A stretch of 34,821 nucleotides of DNA from Candidatus Thorarchaeota archaeon (GCA_048884785.1 JBHLQM010000033.1:1-34821), one strand, 5' to 3'. Shown: positions 18,357 to 28,165, counted from the stretch's first letter. Notes: generated by a model not told the origin, from the sequence alone. Program-made: numbers and translations.

Positions 18357-19688
18357 ATGGTTCGAGTTGTTCCGTTCAAGGCGTATAGATACAGTAAGGG
18401 AAAAGTCAAGGATATGTCAAAGGTTGTGGCTCCACCATATGATATAATCAAAGGCGAGATGGTAGATCGCATTCAATCACAATCGGAGTATAACATCGCA
18501 TGGATAACGAAGAACAAACCAGAAGAAGGCGACACGCAATCAAGGAACCAATACACTAGAGCTAGGGACTTGTTGAACGACTGGTTTGCAAACGGAGTAC
18601 TGGTACAAGATAAGAAAGAAAGCTTCTATGTCTACGGGCAGGATTTCGAAGTTCATGGGAAGAAGCTCTTCAGGTTTGGATTCATAGGTCTCATTGAACT
18701 GGAGGAGTTTGCAAAACAATCTCCCAAGGACGGGAGATTCAGTGGTGTGCTGCAGCATGAGGAGACTCTTCCAAAGGATATCATTGACCGTTTGAGCCTA
18801 TGCAGAGAGACCATGGCAAACTTTGGACAAATATTTGTTGTATATCCAGACCATGAGGGCAGCATTGATGCCATTCTAATGAAGGCAATGAAAGCTAACC
18901 CAATCATCGATGTCATAGACTATGAAGATGTCAGACATAGGATTTGGCAAATTGATTCCCGAGAAGACACAGATCGTATATCTTTACTCATGCAAGACAA
19001 GTATGTAATAATTGCAGATGGGCATCATCGATACAAGACAGCGCTTCAATTATCTAAGGAGAACCCTGAACTGGAATCAGCCAAATATCGGATGCTCACA
19101 TTTGTTAATATCTCAAATCCAGGACTTGTTGTACTTCCTACGCATAGACTAGTTCAGAATATTGATAATTTCAATGGAAAGGCATTATTGAGGAAGATTT
19201 CTGAGTATTTTGATGTTGAAACCTTTGATGCCAAAGAGTCAATGTTTAATGCTATGAATAAGAGATTCGAAGAGCAAAGGCATTCTTTCGGTCTCTTTAT
19301 AGATGATGGTAATTTCTATACAATTACGCTGAAAGATGTCAGTGTAATGAAAGAGATTATGCCTGATGGTTCAATAGACCTCAGGCAGCTTGATGTTTCG
19401 ATTTTGCATGCCCTCATTCTGGATAAGATGCTTGGCATAGATAAGGAGAAACTCAAACAAGGAACAATGAAGGGTGGCGGCTTTGTTGTTTACCTAAAAG
19501 GAATTGGTGATGCCGTAGAGGAGTCAATCAATTCGGTGAAAGGAGAGGCTCAGGCTGTATTCTTTATGAATCCCACAAAAGTGGAAGAGGTTGAAGAAGT
19601 TTCAAGGAACTTTGAAGTTATGCCTCAGAAGAGTACTTTCTTCCAGCCTAAAGTCTGGACCGGATTCACGATTTACAAACTTCGCTGA
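18357..19688 (+). CDS. DUF1015 family protein (ParB/Srx-like motif)
   Basis: VVAPPYDII, HEETLP, IADGHHRY, VLPTHR, C-terminal MPQKSTFFQPK. GGAGTG SD before ATG 18357. Confidence 0.9.
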   Translation: MVRVVPFKAYRYSKGKVKDMSKVVAPPYDIIKGEMVDRIQSQSEYNIAWITKNKPEEGDTQSRNQYTRARDLLNDWFANGVLVQDKKESFYVYGQDFEVHGKKLFRFGFIGLIELEEFAKQSPKDGRFSGVLQHEETLPKDIIDRLSLCRETMANFGQIFVVYPDHEGSIDAILMKAMKANPIIDVIDYEDVRHRIWQIDSREDTDRISLLMQDKYVIIADGHHRYKTALQLSKENPELESAKYRMLTFVNISNPGLVVLPTHRLVQNIDNFNGKALLRKISEYFDVETFDAKESMFNAMNKRFEEQRHSFGLFIDDGNFYTITLKDVSVMKEIMPDGSIDLRQLDVSILHALILDKMLGIDKEKLKQGTMKGGGFVVYLKGIGDAVEESINSVKGEAQAVFFMNPTKVEEVEEVSRNFEVMPQKSTFFQPKVWTGFTIYKLR

Positions 19689-19699
19689 AGGTGGTAATG

Positions 19700-20785
19700 A
19701 TGGCAAAACGAGTGTATAATTTCTATGCAGGACCTGCAACTCTCCCGTTGCCAGCGTTGAAGAAGGCACAGGAGGATTTGCTCGACTTTGAAGGAACTGG
19801 AATGTCAGTTATGGAAATCTCTCATCGCGCAAAAGAGTGGGATAAGGCAATGGCAGATGCGACAGCTCTTGTCAAAGAGTTGATGAATGTCCCTGAAGAC
19901 TACAAGGTTTTGTGGCTAAGCGGCGGGGCGTCTACTCAATTCTTCATGACACCTTTGAATCTCCAAATCCCTGGGAAACCAATGGATTATATAAACACAG
20001 GAGGATGGTCAACAAAGGCCATTAAGGAGGCAAAGCTGTATGGAGATGTGAAGGTAATCGCATCATCAGAGGAATCCAATTTCAAATACATTCCTAGAGA
20101 ATTCTCAATCGATGATAATGCAGCATTTCTTCACATTACTGGAAACAACACACTATATGGAACTGAGTGGCATGATTGGCCAGATGCTCCAAGTGATGTT
20201 CCTCTTGTTTGCGATATGTCATCCAATCTTATGGATCAGGTCATTGATGTCAAGAAATTCGCTGTTATTTATGCAGGAGCTCAAAAGAATCTAGGACCTG
20301 CAGGAGTTACTCTTGTGTTGGTACGGGAAGATCTGCTTGAGAGAGTCCCAGAAAAGACACCAACTATGCTGAAGTGGAAGACTCATGCAGAGAATGATTC
20401 GCTGTATAACACACCACCGGTCTTCCCAATCTATATGTGTAAACTCTCTCTCGAATACTGGAAGCAATTTGGTGGCGTGGCTAAGATAGAGAAAGTGAAT
20501 AAACAGAAGGCCAAGATACTATACGATGTTATAGATCGTTCTCATGGCTTCTACATAGGTCATGCGAGAGAAGATTCAAGATCACTCATGAATGTGACAT
20601 TTACACTGGCAAAGCAGGATCTTGAGTCAAAGTGTGTTGCTGAAGCTGAAAAACGAGAGCTGATAGGTCTCAAGGGGCATAGATCCGTCGGAGGAATGCG
20701 AGCGTCAATCTACAATGCAATGCCTGTTGAAGGAGTGAAGGCTCTCGCAGAATTTCTTAAAGAATTCAAGGAGAATAATCAATAG
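19700..20785 (+). CDS. serC: Phosphoserine aminotransferase
   Basis: YNFYAGPATLP, MSVMEISHR, GGASTQF, CDMSS, PLP lysine YAGAQKNLGPAG, NTPP, GLKGHRSVGGMRASIYNA. Confidence 0.97.
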   Translation: MAKRVYNFYAGPATLPLPALKKAQEDLLDFEGTGMSVMEISHRAKEWDKAMADATALVKELMNVPEDYKVLWLSGGASTQFFMTPLNLQIPGKPMDYINTGGWSTKAIKEAKLYGDVKVIASSEESNFKYIPREFSIDDNAAFLHITGNNTLYGTEWHDWPDAPSDVPLVCDMSSNLMDQVIDVKKFAVIYAGAQKNLGPAGVTLVLVREDLLERVPEKTPTMLKWKTHAENDSLYNTPPVFPIYMCKLSLEYWKQFGGVAKIEKVNKQKAKILYDVIDRSHGFYIGHAREDSRSLMNVTFTLAKQDLESKCVAEAEKRELIGLKGHRSVGGMRASIYNAMPVEGVKALAEFLKEFKENNQ

Positions 20786-20790
20786 AATTG

Positions 20791-20811
20791 GCAGGGGTCA
20801 TTTACCCCTGC
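20791..20811. terminator. Hairpin between convergent genes, probable terminator
   Basis: GCAGGGGT-cattt-ACCCCTGC perfect 8-bp stem 5 nt after the serC stop, followed by a T-rich tract. Confidence 0.65.
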
Positions 20812-20813
20812 AA

Positions 20814-21158
20814 CTATCTTTTTCGTTTCTTAGAGAAATCAGATACCTTCTTTTCAAGGAGGTCCTTCATCTCAGGTACAAGTGAGTCATCCATGACTCC
20901 TTTGTACGTACGGCGCATGAGATTACCTGAGGTCCTAACTCTCACAATTCGCATCCCATTGTTTTCAAAAAACGTCTTGAGTGTTGACGCAATCGGAATA
21001 AGCACACCCCCTGGGAGTTTGCTTGATAGTGTGTCTTCACAGCATTGGCAATCAAGTAGGACTACAGTATTCTCACGATCGACCAAGACTTCTACAGGCA
21101 TATCCTTTTGCGATCCGCCATCTTTGAAGCGAAGTGAGAATTCGCCAATCTTCTTCAT
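20814..21158 (-). CDS. Hypothetical protein with a CxCC motif
   Basis: About 114 aa from ATG 21158 (or TTG 21173). Contains DCQCCE and a basic C-terminus. Confidence 0.7.
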   Translation of the reverse strand: MKKIGEFSLRFKDGGSQKDMPVEVLVDRENTVVLLDCQCCEDTLSSKLPGGVLIPIASTLKTFFENNGMRIVRVRTSGNLMRRTYKGVMDDSLVPEMKDLLEKKVSDFSKKRKR

Positions 21159-21269
21159 GGGATTCTTCCTCAATCACAAACAGTCCAGTTTCGACTTCGT
21201 TCCTTCTACATATAAGAACATCTCATTTCTACTCAATATTTTGCCTTAATGTCTTTGATTTGAGTAGTT

Positions 21270-23897
21270 TCATCGCCTGCGCCTGCGCGAAATTAAACAT
21301 GCCACAACGATTAGTGCAAGAACAATCCCAAGCATCAATGAGAGCATTAGATAATCAGGTTCAGTAGGTGTTGTCGGTGTAGTTGGAGATGTGGTGGATG
21401 TTGGAGATGTTGTTCCAGTAGGCGTTGATGTTGTTGTTCCAGTTGGTGTTGTGGTTGTTGTGACACTCTGGACAGTGAATGTATAGTCGGGACTAACTGC
21501 TGAATTCCCAATAGTGTCATTTGCATGAATTCTGAATATCACAGTTACGCCCTCAGGAAGAACAGGAATCGATCCTGAGAAGTAAGTGCCCATATCAGCC
21601 ATCGTCACATTATTCCAGTGAGTTCCATTATAGAATTCTAGGATTACAGTGTCAACACCGCTAAAATCTGATACAACAACATTGATTGTTATAGGAGTTT
21701 CATTGTTGGGTATTGCTGGAACAGTTATGGGGACTCCAATCGCTGGAGGAGTCGTATCCGGACCTGGCATTACTTGTTGGACTGCCGCAGAAACATTCAG
21801 TTTGCCGCCTCCCCATATCGCATTTGGAGTAAGGCCTGTATCTGCATCAGAATTTGCAGCGTTCTTTATAATATCAGCAAACTCTGTAGCTCTTGAAGCA
21901 TTGACTTGCATCATCAAAGCTGCACACCCTGCAACGTGAGGGCCAGCAGCGCTTGTGCCGCTAAATAAGGCATATCCACCAAAACTCGGATTCAATGGCA
22001 GCTGACCAGAGGCATTATTCCATGATGCCCACGCGGATTCATTGCTGTAGGTAGATACAACGTCCCACCCACCAGGGGCCGCAACACCTTGCTTCGGGGC
22101 GCCATCGATTCTTGGTCCGATTCCACTATAGGCAGCAATTGAACCGGGCGTACCGAAAAAGGAACGCGTGTGGTATGATGCTACGCTAATTGCAGAGTCT
22201 GCGGTAGATGGATGTGTGATGAGGTATTCATTTTTTACATCAGCAGCCGTAGCCCATACCGCTCCACCCTGCCAGGCTGTGGAAGCATCTGCAATATAGC
22301 AATGAACTGTTGCATTGGAATTCAATGTCACATTAAGCTGATATGGTGGAAGAGGCGGTGAGGCAGGTAAACCCCCCGAAGCCCACATCTCTATGTACAT
22401 CATCTTGGTGCCGCGACTTGAGTTCAGAACGTATGAATTGAAAACAATTCCAGCAAGCACGTCCTGTCCATAGTTGCGATAGCCATATTTCGGATGCAAT
22501 AGAACACTGCCAACTGTTGGTACTGTAATGGTGAAGTTTCCCCTCATGAAGTCAGTCTCATTTCTACTCAAAACAGTAATCCAGACTAGTTCTATCTCCT
22601 GAAAATCCACGTTGGGAACCATGAAATCAATCAGGTGCTGAGGATACGAAGGGGCAATTGCATCAAACATGGCATGTCGAGATTGGCCGCCAAGATTGCC
22701 ACTGGGCACGATGACAGGAACTCCCAAACTGTCTAGTGTGTCTATGTATTGCTCAACCACGGAGGACCCATCAAGAAACACCTCAACCCATTGGCCTACT
22801 TCGATTATGATAACTTGGGCTCCAAGATTATATGACATCTGGAGTGCTTCATAGATATCTAGAGTAGTATTCTGAGTTCCAAAAATCTTCATCATGATTA
22901 GTTCTGCCATAGGAGCTACGCCAACATATTTTCTGAATCCTATTTGACCCCCAAGGAGGATACCTGAAACCGATGTTCCATGGCCAAAGCTATCTTCATG
23001 GGTACTTGCTGTGAGATTCGTCCCCCGCTCCCATACTTGAATTGTTGGAGACGGACCACCAGATCTTTCAACAATGTACTTTGTCTTTGGCGTCCTTAGC
23101 ATGATGAGCTTCTCAGAGAGATCAAGAGCATCATTGTGATTCGTGTCATTCACAACAAAGAAGGGCTCACCGGGTTGAATAATTCCATCCTGTGATACAT
23201 TTTCTGCCCACAGCCAATCTGTAGTAGCGTTGAATGTTCCATCTCTATCGATGTCAATTATTCTCAATCTCTCGTCAACTGTGCCAAATCCACTTGAATC
23301 AAGGTCTACCGAATCTGTACCATTGTCAACTACAAGATTCGTATTATTGTCAAACCATGAAAAAGAAAGTCCATCAGCAAACCATAGGTCCGGGTGCCTC
23401 CAGTCTACTCCGGTGTCCAAATCTGCGATCACAATCCCCTCCCCAGTGATGTTGCGGCCCAATCCATCAAGTGTTGCCCATATTCTATCAGCTCCAATCT
23501 CTGGAATTGATATATCTCTTGCAACTCGGAGTTTTTCTGATGATCCTCTTACTGAAATATCTTGAACATATGGTGAAGCAGAGAGCATTTGAAGCTCCAT
23601 TGCGCTCCCTTCTATGAGATAGAAGTTGCCCATGTTGCTTGATTTCGCGGTACCCAAGCTGAATTGTAGACCGAGAGATTCGACTAAATCTGAAACCACT
23701 TTCTGCGAGATTTCTTCAAAGGTCACGACAACCGGTATTTCTGATCCAAATTGAGCACTGAGATGTTCGAAACTCATTTCCCTGGGTGTGCTCATTGAAT
23801 GCGACCTCTCAATTTGAGAATGAGAAACTAAATTCGCTCCTGCAAAAACAGATTCAAGAATACAGAAGGCTATCAATGCGGCGCTCACTTTCTTCAT
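21270..23897 (-). CDS. Secreted, C-terminally anchored S8 protease, paralog of 8447..11629, with Thr-rich stalk
   Basis: IADLDTG, HGTSVSGILLG, PSGNLG, FSGTSAAGPHVAG. Signal peptide MKKVSAALIAF. Ig-like domain (DTTPPAI...), Thr/Pro linker, TM, RRRR. Confidence 0.93.
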   Translation of the reverse strand: MKKVSAALIAFCILESVFAGANLVSHSQIERSHSMSTPREMSFEHLSAQFGSEIPVVVTFEEISQKVVSDLVESLGLQFSLGTAKSSNMGNFYLIEGSAMELQMLSASPYVQDISVRGSSEKLRVARDISIPEIGADRIWATLDGLGRNITGEGIVIADLDTGVDWRHPDLWFADGLSFSWFDNNTNLVVDNGTDSVDLDSSGFGTVDERLRIIDIDRDGTFNATTDWLWAENVSQDGIIQPGEPFFVVNDTNHNDALDLSEKLIMLRTPKTKYIVERSGGPSPTIQVWERGTNLTASTHEDSFGHGTSVSGILLGGQIGFRKYVGVAPMAELIMMKIFGTQNTTLDIYEALQMSYNLGAQVIIIEVGQWVEVFLDGSSVVEQYIDTLDSLGVPVIVPSGNLGGQSRHAMFDAIAPSYPQHLIDFMVPNVDFQEIELVWITVLSRNETDFMRGNFTITVPTVGSVLLHPKYGYRNYGQDVLAGIVFNSYVLNSSRGTKMMYIEMWASGGLPASPPLPPYQLNVTLNSNATVHCYIADASTAWQGGAVWATAADVKNEYLITHPSTADSAISVASYHTRSFFGTPGSIAAYSGIGPRIDGAPKQGVAAPGGWDVVSTYSNESAWASWNNASGQLPLNPSFGGYALFSGTSAAGPHVAGCAALMMQVNASRATEFADIIKNAANSDADTGLTPNAIWGGGKLNVSAAVQQVMPGPDTTPPAIGVPITVPAIPNNETPITINVVVSDFSGVDTVILEFYNGTHWNNVTMADMGTYFSGSIPVLPEGVTVIFRIHANDTIGNSAVSPDYTFTVQSVTTTTTPTGTTTSTPTGTTSPTSTTSPTTPTTPTEPDYLMLSLMLGIVLALIVVACLISRRRRR
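21361..21462 (-). repeat. Low-complexity Thr/Pro/Ser coding repeat (surface-protein stalk)
   Basis: Encodes TTTTTPTGTTTSTPTGTTSPTSTTSPTTPTTPTE; degenerate GTT/GTTGGAGATGT repeats on the + strand. Confidence 0.85.
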
Positions 23898-23968
23898 TCC
23901 AATAACTCCTATGGCGATACCAATTACCTGAAATGATATGCAATGGAAAAAGAGGCAAATTAATCTAC

Positions 23969-25387
23969 CTAAAGACTGGTATTTCCTTTTTCTTCATGAT
24001 TCTTTTCATCCGGGTCATATGGATTTGCGCAATCATCAACAGAGATGAGTTGATTATCTGTTGGCTCATCGGCCAACCTGTAATATCCAGGTTCTTCGTC
24101 ATCTCGGCTGACTTTCTGGCCTTCATAGAGTGATGTTCCACCGCTCACCAAATAGGCTACAGAAATGCATAATGCAAGAGGTATGACAAGGTCAAAAGAA
24201 AGACTCATCTCCAACATCATAATTGTCGTCGCAACGGGTGTGTTTGTATTGGCTCCGAGAACGGCACCCATTCCTAGGACAATAAAGGCTCCAACCTCAT
24301 AAGGATAAAAAACCTCTCCAAATATAGCTCCAAGCATTGCTCCAACAAAGAGAGAGGAAGCCAACACACCGCCGGATACTCTTCCGGCCACTACTGCAGA
24401 GGATGCAAATAGCTTGCCAATTAGGAGCATCAGCAATATCATAATTGGAACTTGCGTGTCTACCAGGTTGTTTATGACCTCATATCCCATTCCCGCGATA
24501 GTTAATGAAGGGTCGATAAAGAGACCTGTAGCAAAGATTGTAATGCATGCCAAAAATGATCCTGCTATAGGGTCAAGCCAATCTGGAAGTTTGACTGTGA
24601 AAAAATTCCGTATAAGCATGAGAACAACAGCAAAAAAGATTGATAGCACACCGGCCACTAAACCAAAGATGATGAGCATTGGTATGACATCGATTGTCAA
24701 TATGAAACTAGCCTCTAGCTGAAGGATGGGCTCTATTCCCCATACCAACGCATATACAATGTACGAAGTCAGTGCGGCAATCACTGTGGGCACAAAATAG
24801 CCCAGCCTTGCGTCCCGTCTGTACGGAGCCTCAGTAGCAAATAGGGCGCCTCCAAGAGGAGCCTTGTAGATACCTGCGGTTGCAGCAGCCGAACCCATCA
24901 TTAGAAATACCCTTAGATGTGACGATTCATGAAATCCCAATCTTCTGCCAATTGAATTGCCTAAAGCTGCGCCAATGAGCACAGCCGGGCCTTCACGTCC
25001 TACAGGATTCCCAGATCCTATGGATACTGAAGTTGCAACCAATTTTGTTAATGCAGTGCCGCTTTTCAGACTCCCCGGCTCATGCGTCATCTCAATCGCC
25101 TTGGAGATTCCACTTCCCTGAATCTCGCGTCTACCAAAGTAAATGAGGATCCCAGAGAAAACCCCACCAATTATGGGAGCGATATACAAAGGAATTATTG
25201 ATAGTCCTAGGGTGATTGTGACTATGAGAAACTGAAAGACTATCATGGCAATCCCAGCAACAATTCCTATTGCAATAGCAGCTGGAACATAGAGTCTGTA
25301 GAATGATGTGAAGTGAGCGAAATGAAAAAGAGTACGCAATGGAATGACTTTCTCGCCAATGTTCTCATCTGACTCTACAACAGTCAC
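23969..25387 (-). CDS. ClC family chloride channel/transporter, no CBS domains
   Basis: GSGI, GREGP, GSAAATAGIYKAPLGGALFATE, TPVATTIMMLE, SLY; many TM helices. Confidence 0.93.
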   Translation of the reverse strand: MTVVESDENIGEKVIPLRTLFHFAHFTSFYRLYVPAAIAIGIVAGIAMIVFQFLIVTITLGLSIIPLYIAPIIGGVFSGILIYFGRREIQGSGISKAIEMTHEPGSLKSGTALTKLVATSVSIGSGNPVGREGPAVLIGAALGNSIGRRLGFHESSHLRVFLMMGSAAATAGIYKAPLGGALFATEAPYRRDARLGYFVPTVIAALTSYIVYALVWGIEPILQLEASFILTIDVIPMLIIFGLVAGVLSIFFAVVLMLIRNFFTVKLPDWLDPIAGSFLACITIFATGLFIDPSLTIAGMGYEVINNLVDTQVPIMILLMLLIGKLFASSAVVAGRVSGGVLASSLFVGAMLGAIFGEVFYPYEVGAFIVLGMGAVLGANTNTPVATTIMMLEMSLSFDLVIPLALCISVAYLVSGGTSLYEGQKVSRDDEEPGYYRLADEPTDNQLISVDDCANPYDPDEKNHEEKGNTSL

Positions 25388-25503
25388 TTGACTGAGCCCC
25401 TTGGTATTGTCGGAATCACTAAGATAAAATCCTTTGGCGTCTGCATGGCATTCTTAGGAGGATTTATCATCCATCAAATGGACGTAAGGATGGCTGAATA
25501 CTG

Positions 25504-25980
25504 TTGACCCCCGAACCTAAAGAAGATGATTCATCCGAGGATAGCCCATCATCTCTAACAATAGAAGAGCTTCAAAATAGACTGAAGGAGATTTCTTCAA
25601 GGCTTTCCCGATTGGAATCCCTAATGGAAAGAATTGGCCCGGGAATCGAGGAGGTTAGTGAATCAGCCAAGGTTATCAGAGAGGGCTTTGAATTCTATGA
25701 TGGTATGGTAAAACTCATGTCAAAGTTCACTCGAGCGGAACGGCTTGAATCGAGATACGGAGATCTGAAGAAGGACCAGATATCCTGGTTGATAGTACGA
25801 ATTCTCGATGCAAATAGACCTCTGAATATCAGTCAGCTCACAGCAGCTATCAGAGCAGAGAGAGGAACCGCATCACGAAGAATTGTAAGAGAAAGAGTGA
25901 ACTCACTCCTCAAACGAGGCATATTGAATGTCATTGAGGATGATGATGAGCGTGCCAGATTCTTCACTCTTGCGAAATAA
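25504..25980 (+). CDS. Coiled-coil plus winged-HTH putative transcriptional regulator
   Basis: N-terminal heptads; C-terminal PLNISQLTAAIRAERGTASRRIVRERVNSLLKRGIL...RARFFTL wHTH. Confidence 0.8.
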   Translation: MTPEPKEDDSSEDSPSSLTIEELQNRLKEISSRLSRLESLMERIGPGIEEVSESAKVIREGFEFYDGMVKLMSKFTRAERLESRYGDLKKDQISWLIVRILDANRPLNISQLTAAIRAERGTASRRIVRERVNSLLKRGILNVIEDDDERARFFTLAK

Positions 25981-26080
25981 GTAGAGTGTTTGAGTAGATC
26001 CCCATATATCCATGAGGGCTGCTACTGATTCTTTCTATGCAAGACTTTTTTATTGGGCGATAGACTCCCCTTTTTGTGAA

Positions 26081-27421
26081 ATGACAATGCTCGATGATGC
26101 TATCAGTCTCCTGAAAGAAATGATTCGCAACAAGTGCGTTAATCCTCCAGGAGGCGAAATGAGAAGCATTCATTCTGTGAGAAAATATTTGGACTCTCAT
26201 AATGTCGAATCAGAGGTCTTTGTTTCAGGAATTGATAGAGGAAACCTCCTTGCAGAGATTCCGGGATCAGGAGATGGACCAAGTCTTATGTTTGGACCAT
26301 CTCATGTTGATGTTGTACCGGTGATTGACGAATCCAGATGGAGTGTGCCGCCATTTGAGGGAATCATCAAGGATGGGTGTGTCTGGGGGAGAGGAGCACT
26401 TGATATGCTTTACATTGTTGCAGCTCAGACCGTTGCGTTTGTTCGATTGCACGAAGAGGAGTTCAAACCCAAGGGCACATTGAAGCTCTTGGTTGTAGCA
26501 GATGAAGAGGCTGCTGGTACGTATGGAGCAAAGTGGCTCGTGGAGAAATATCCTGAAAAGATGAAGGTTGATTATCTTGTCACTGAGCAGGGAGGGGAAC
26601 CTCTTGGAGAAGGCAGATTGGCATTCTGGTACGGCGAAAAAGGAACGGCATGGACACGCATAACATTCAAGGGCGATGAGCAACACGGAAGTGCCCCGTT
26701 TAAGAGTAACAATGCTGTTGTTAAATTAGCTGAGGCAGTGAGAAGAATTGACAGCTATCAGCCGCCCCGAGATACTCAATTCATAGAATCAATGCTAAAT
26801 AATCTGAAAGTAAGTGGAGTCACAAAGTTTCTTGCCGGAAACAAGTATACACTTCCCAGAGTGCTACAAGCCTACGATAAAAGGAACAGAGGAATGGCTC
26901 GTTTTCTTCACGCACTGACCCAGTTGACTATGTCACCAAACATAGCCCGAGGAGGTACAAAAATCAATGTTGTACCTGGAGAGGCAACACTCGATGTAGA
27001 TATCCGGCTTCTGCCCGGTCAAGATGAAGAATATGCCCGCAAACACCTCCGAAAGGCGCTAGGTCCATTGGCTGAAGAGGTCACAATCGACAGAATCCCC
27101 CAAGAAGAAGGCGGCTACATGTATCCTGGGACATCCAGTGATATAAAAAGCCCATTGGTTGATGTGATGACCAATCTCGCAAAAAGATTCAGAGGGCCCG
27201 ATACAATTCTTGTGCCGATGATGTCCACGGGCGGTACTGATGCTCGAGTCTTTAGGCTGGCATTTGGAACTCAGGCGTATGGGTTTGCATTATCTGATGG
27301 CTCTTTGGATTTGGCAACCCTTCAAGGATTATTCCATGGTGATGATGAGCGCGTTTCAATTGGTTCAGTTGAGATGTCGCTCAATGCTTATGTTGAAATT
27401 GCCAACCAATTCCTTGGGTAG
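26081..27421 (+). CDS. M20/M25/M40 family metallopeptidase/deacylase
   Basis: SHVDVVP, WGRGALDM, ADEEAAG, GEKG, HGS, NVVP, GGTDAR, HGDDER. TTTTTATT TATA-like element about 30 nt before ATG 26081. Confidence 0.93.
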   Translation: MTMLDDAISLLKEMIRNKCVNPPGGEMRSIHSVRKYLDSHNVESEVFVSGIDRGNLLAEIPGSGDGPSLMFGPSHVDVVPVIDESRWSVPPFEGIIKDGCVWGRGALDMLYIVAAQTVAFVRLHEEEFKPKGTLKLLVVADEEAAGTYGAKWLVEKYPEKMKVDYLVTEQGGEPLGEGRLAFWYGEKGTAWTRITFKGDEQHGSAPFKSNNAVVKLAEAVRRIDSYQPPRDTQFIESMLNNLKVSGVTKFLAGNKYTLPRVLQAYDKRNRGMARFLHALTQLTMSPNIARGGTKINVVPGEATLDVDIRLLPGQDEEYARKHLRKALGPLAEEVTIDRIPQEEGGYMYPGTSSDIKSPLVDVMTNLAKRFRGPDTILVPMMSTGGTDARVFRLAFGTQAYGFALSDGSLDLATLQGLFHGDDERVSIGSVEMSLNAYVEIANQFLG

Positions 27422-27491
27422 TACAGCTGGTCACTTTTTTCCAATTTGTCTATATTGAGTGACCACCTATACATTGTATTGTGAAACAATT

Positions 27492-27881
27492 ATGAGTAAT
27501 CACGAAAATGATAAAGATGAAGATCGAAAACGACGAAAATCCTCAGAGGAAGCAGAGGAACTACGTGAAATTGCCAAAACTCTTCCAGAACTATTCAATA
27601 CACTAAATGAAGCGATACCAAAAATGATCAGCGGAATCATTGGAAGTGTATACAGTCCCGAGGCTGCAGCAAACATGGGGGCCGCTGTTGGCAAGTTTTA
27701 CTCACAACTTGTCGCAGAAGGAATCCCTGAAGATGTAGCGCTTGAAATGACAAAGAAATTTGTTGGCGCGTTGGATTTCCAAAAGATTGTAGGGATGGTA
27801 TCGAGTGAAGTAGATAATAAGAGATTCAAGAAGAAAACTAGACTGGTAGATGATGATTGGGAAGAGGAAGATGACGAATAA
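27492..27881 (+). CDS. Hypothetical protein with FYxxLxxxGIPEDxAxEMT motif
   Basis: About 129 aa; helical; shares the motif with the next gene. Confidence 0.8.
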   Translation: MSNHENDKDEDRKRRKSSEEAEELREIAKTLPELFNTLNEAIPKMISGIIGSVYSPEAAANMGAAVGKFYSQLVAEGIPEDVALEMTKKFVGALDFQKIVGMVSSEVDNKRFKKKTRLVDDDWEEEDDE

Positions 27882-28165
27882 TGGTTGCTCGTTCTATAGG
27901 GTCCATTATGTTCACTTCCATGAAAGATGGAACCAAACTGCTAATCAAATTACTATTGGTTCTTAGGAAATCAAGAAGAACAGTAAAAAGAAGCTCAAAG
28001 CAATTCTATAGGACTTTAAGAGATTCTGGTATTCCTGAAGACTTTGCAAGGGAAATGACCTATGCATACACGGCCCCTGGTTTGCAGATGCTCAAAATGG
28101 GAAGCCTGCTCAAGATAGTACAAGAATTAAGTGAAGAGCAGCCGGAATTCAAGTACCTAGAGTAA
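27881..28165 (+). CDS. Hypothetical protein sharing the FYxxLxxxGIPEDxAxEMT motif
   Basis: TAATG stop/start overlap at 27879-27883; FYRTLRDSGIPEDFAREMT. Confidence 0.8.
   Translation: MVARSIGSIMFTSMKDGTKLLIKLLLVLRKSRRTVKRSSKQFYRTLRDSGIPEDFAREMTYAYTAPGLQMLKMGSLLKIVQELSEEQPEFKYLE

Noticed and set aside
7144-21173. Selenocysteine or stop-codon readthrough in the oxidoreductase, TFS-like or CxCC proteins
   Set aside because: No in-frame TGA at a catalytic Cys position, and readthrough past the TFS-like stop gives only a few codons.
21361-21462. GTTG-rich repeats as a CRISPR array or non-coding repeat
   Set aside because: They are an in-frame Thr/Pro linker with no constant repeat-spacer period.
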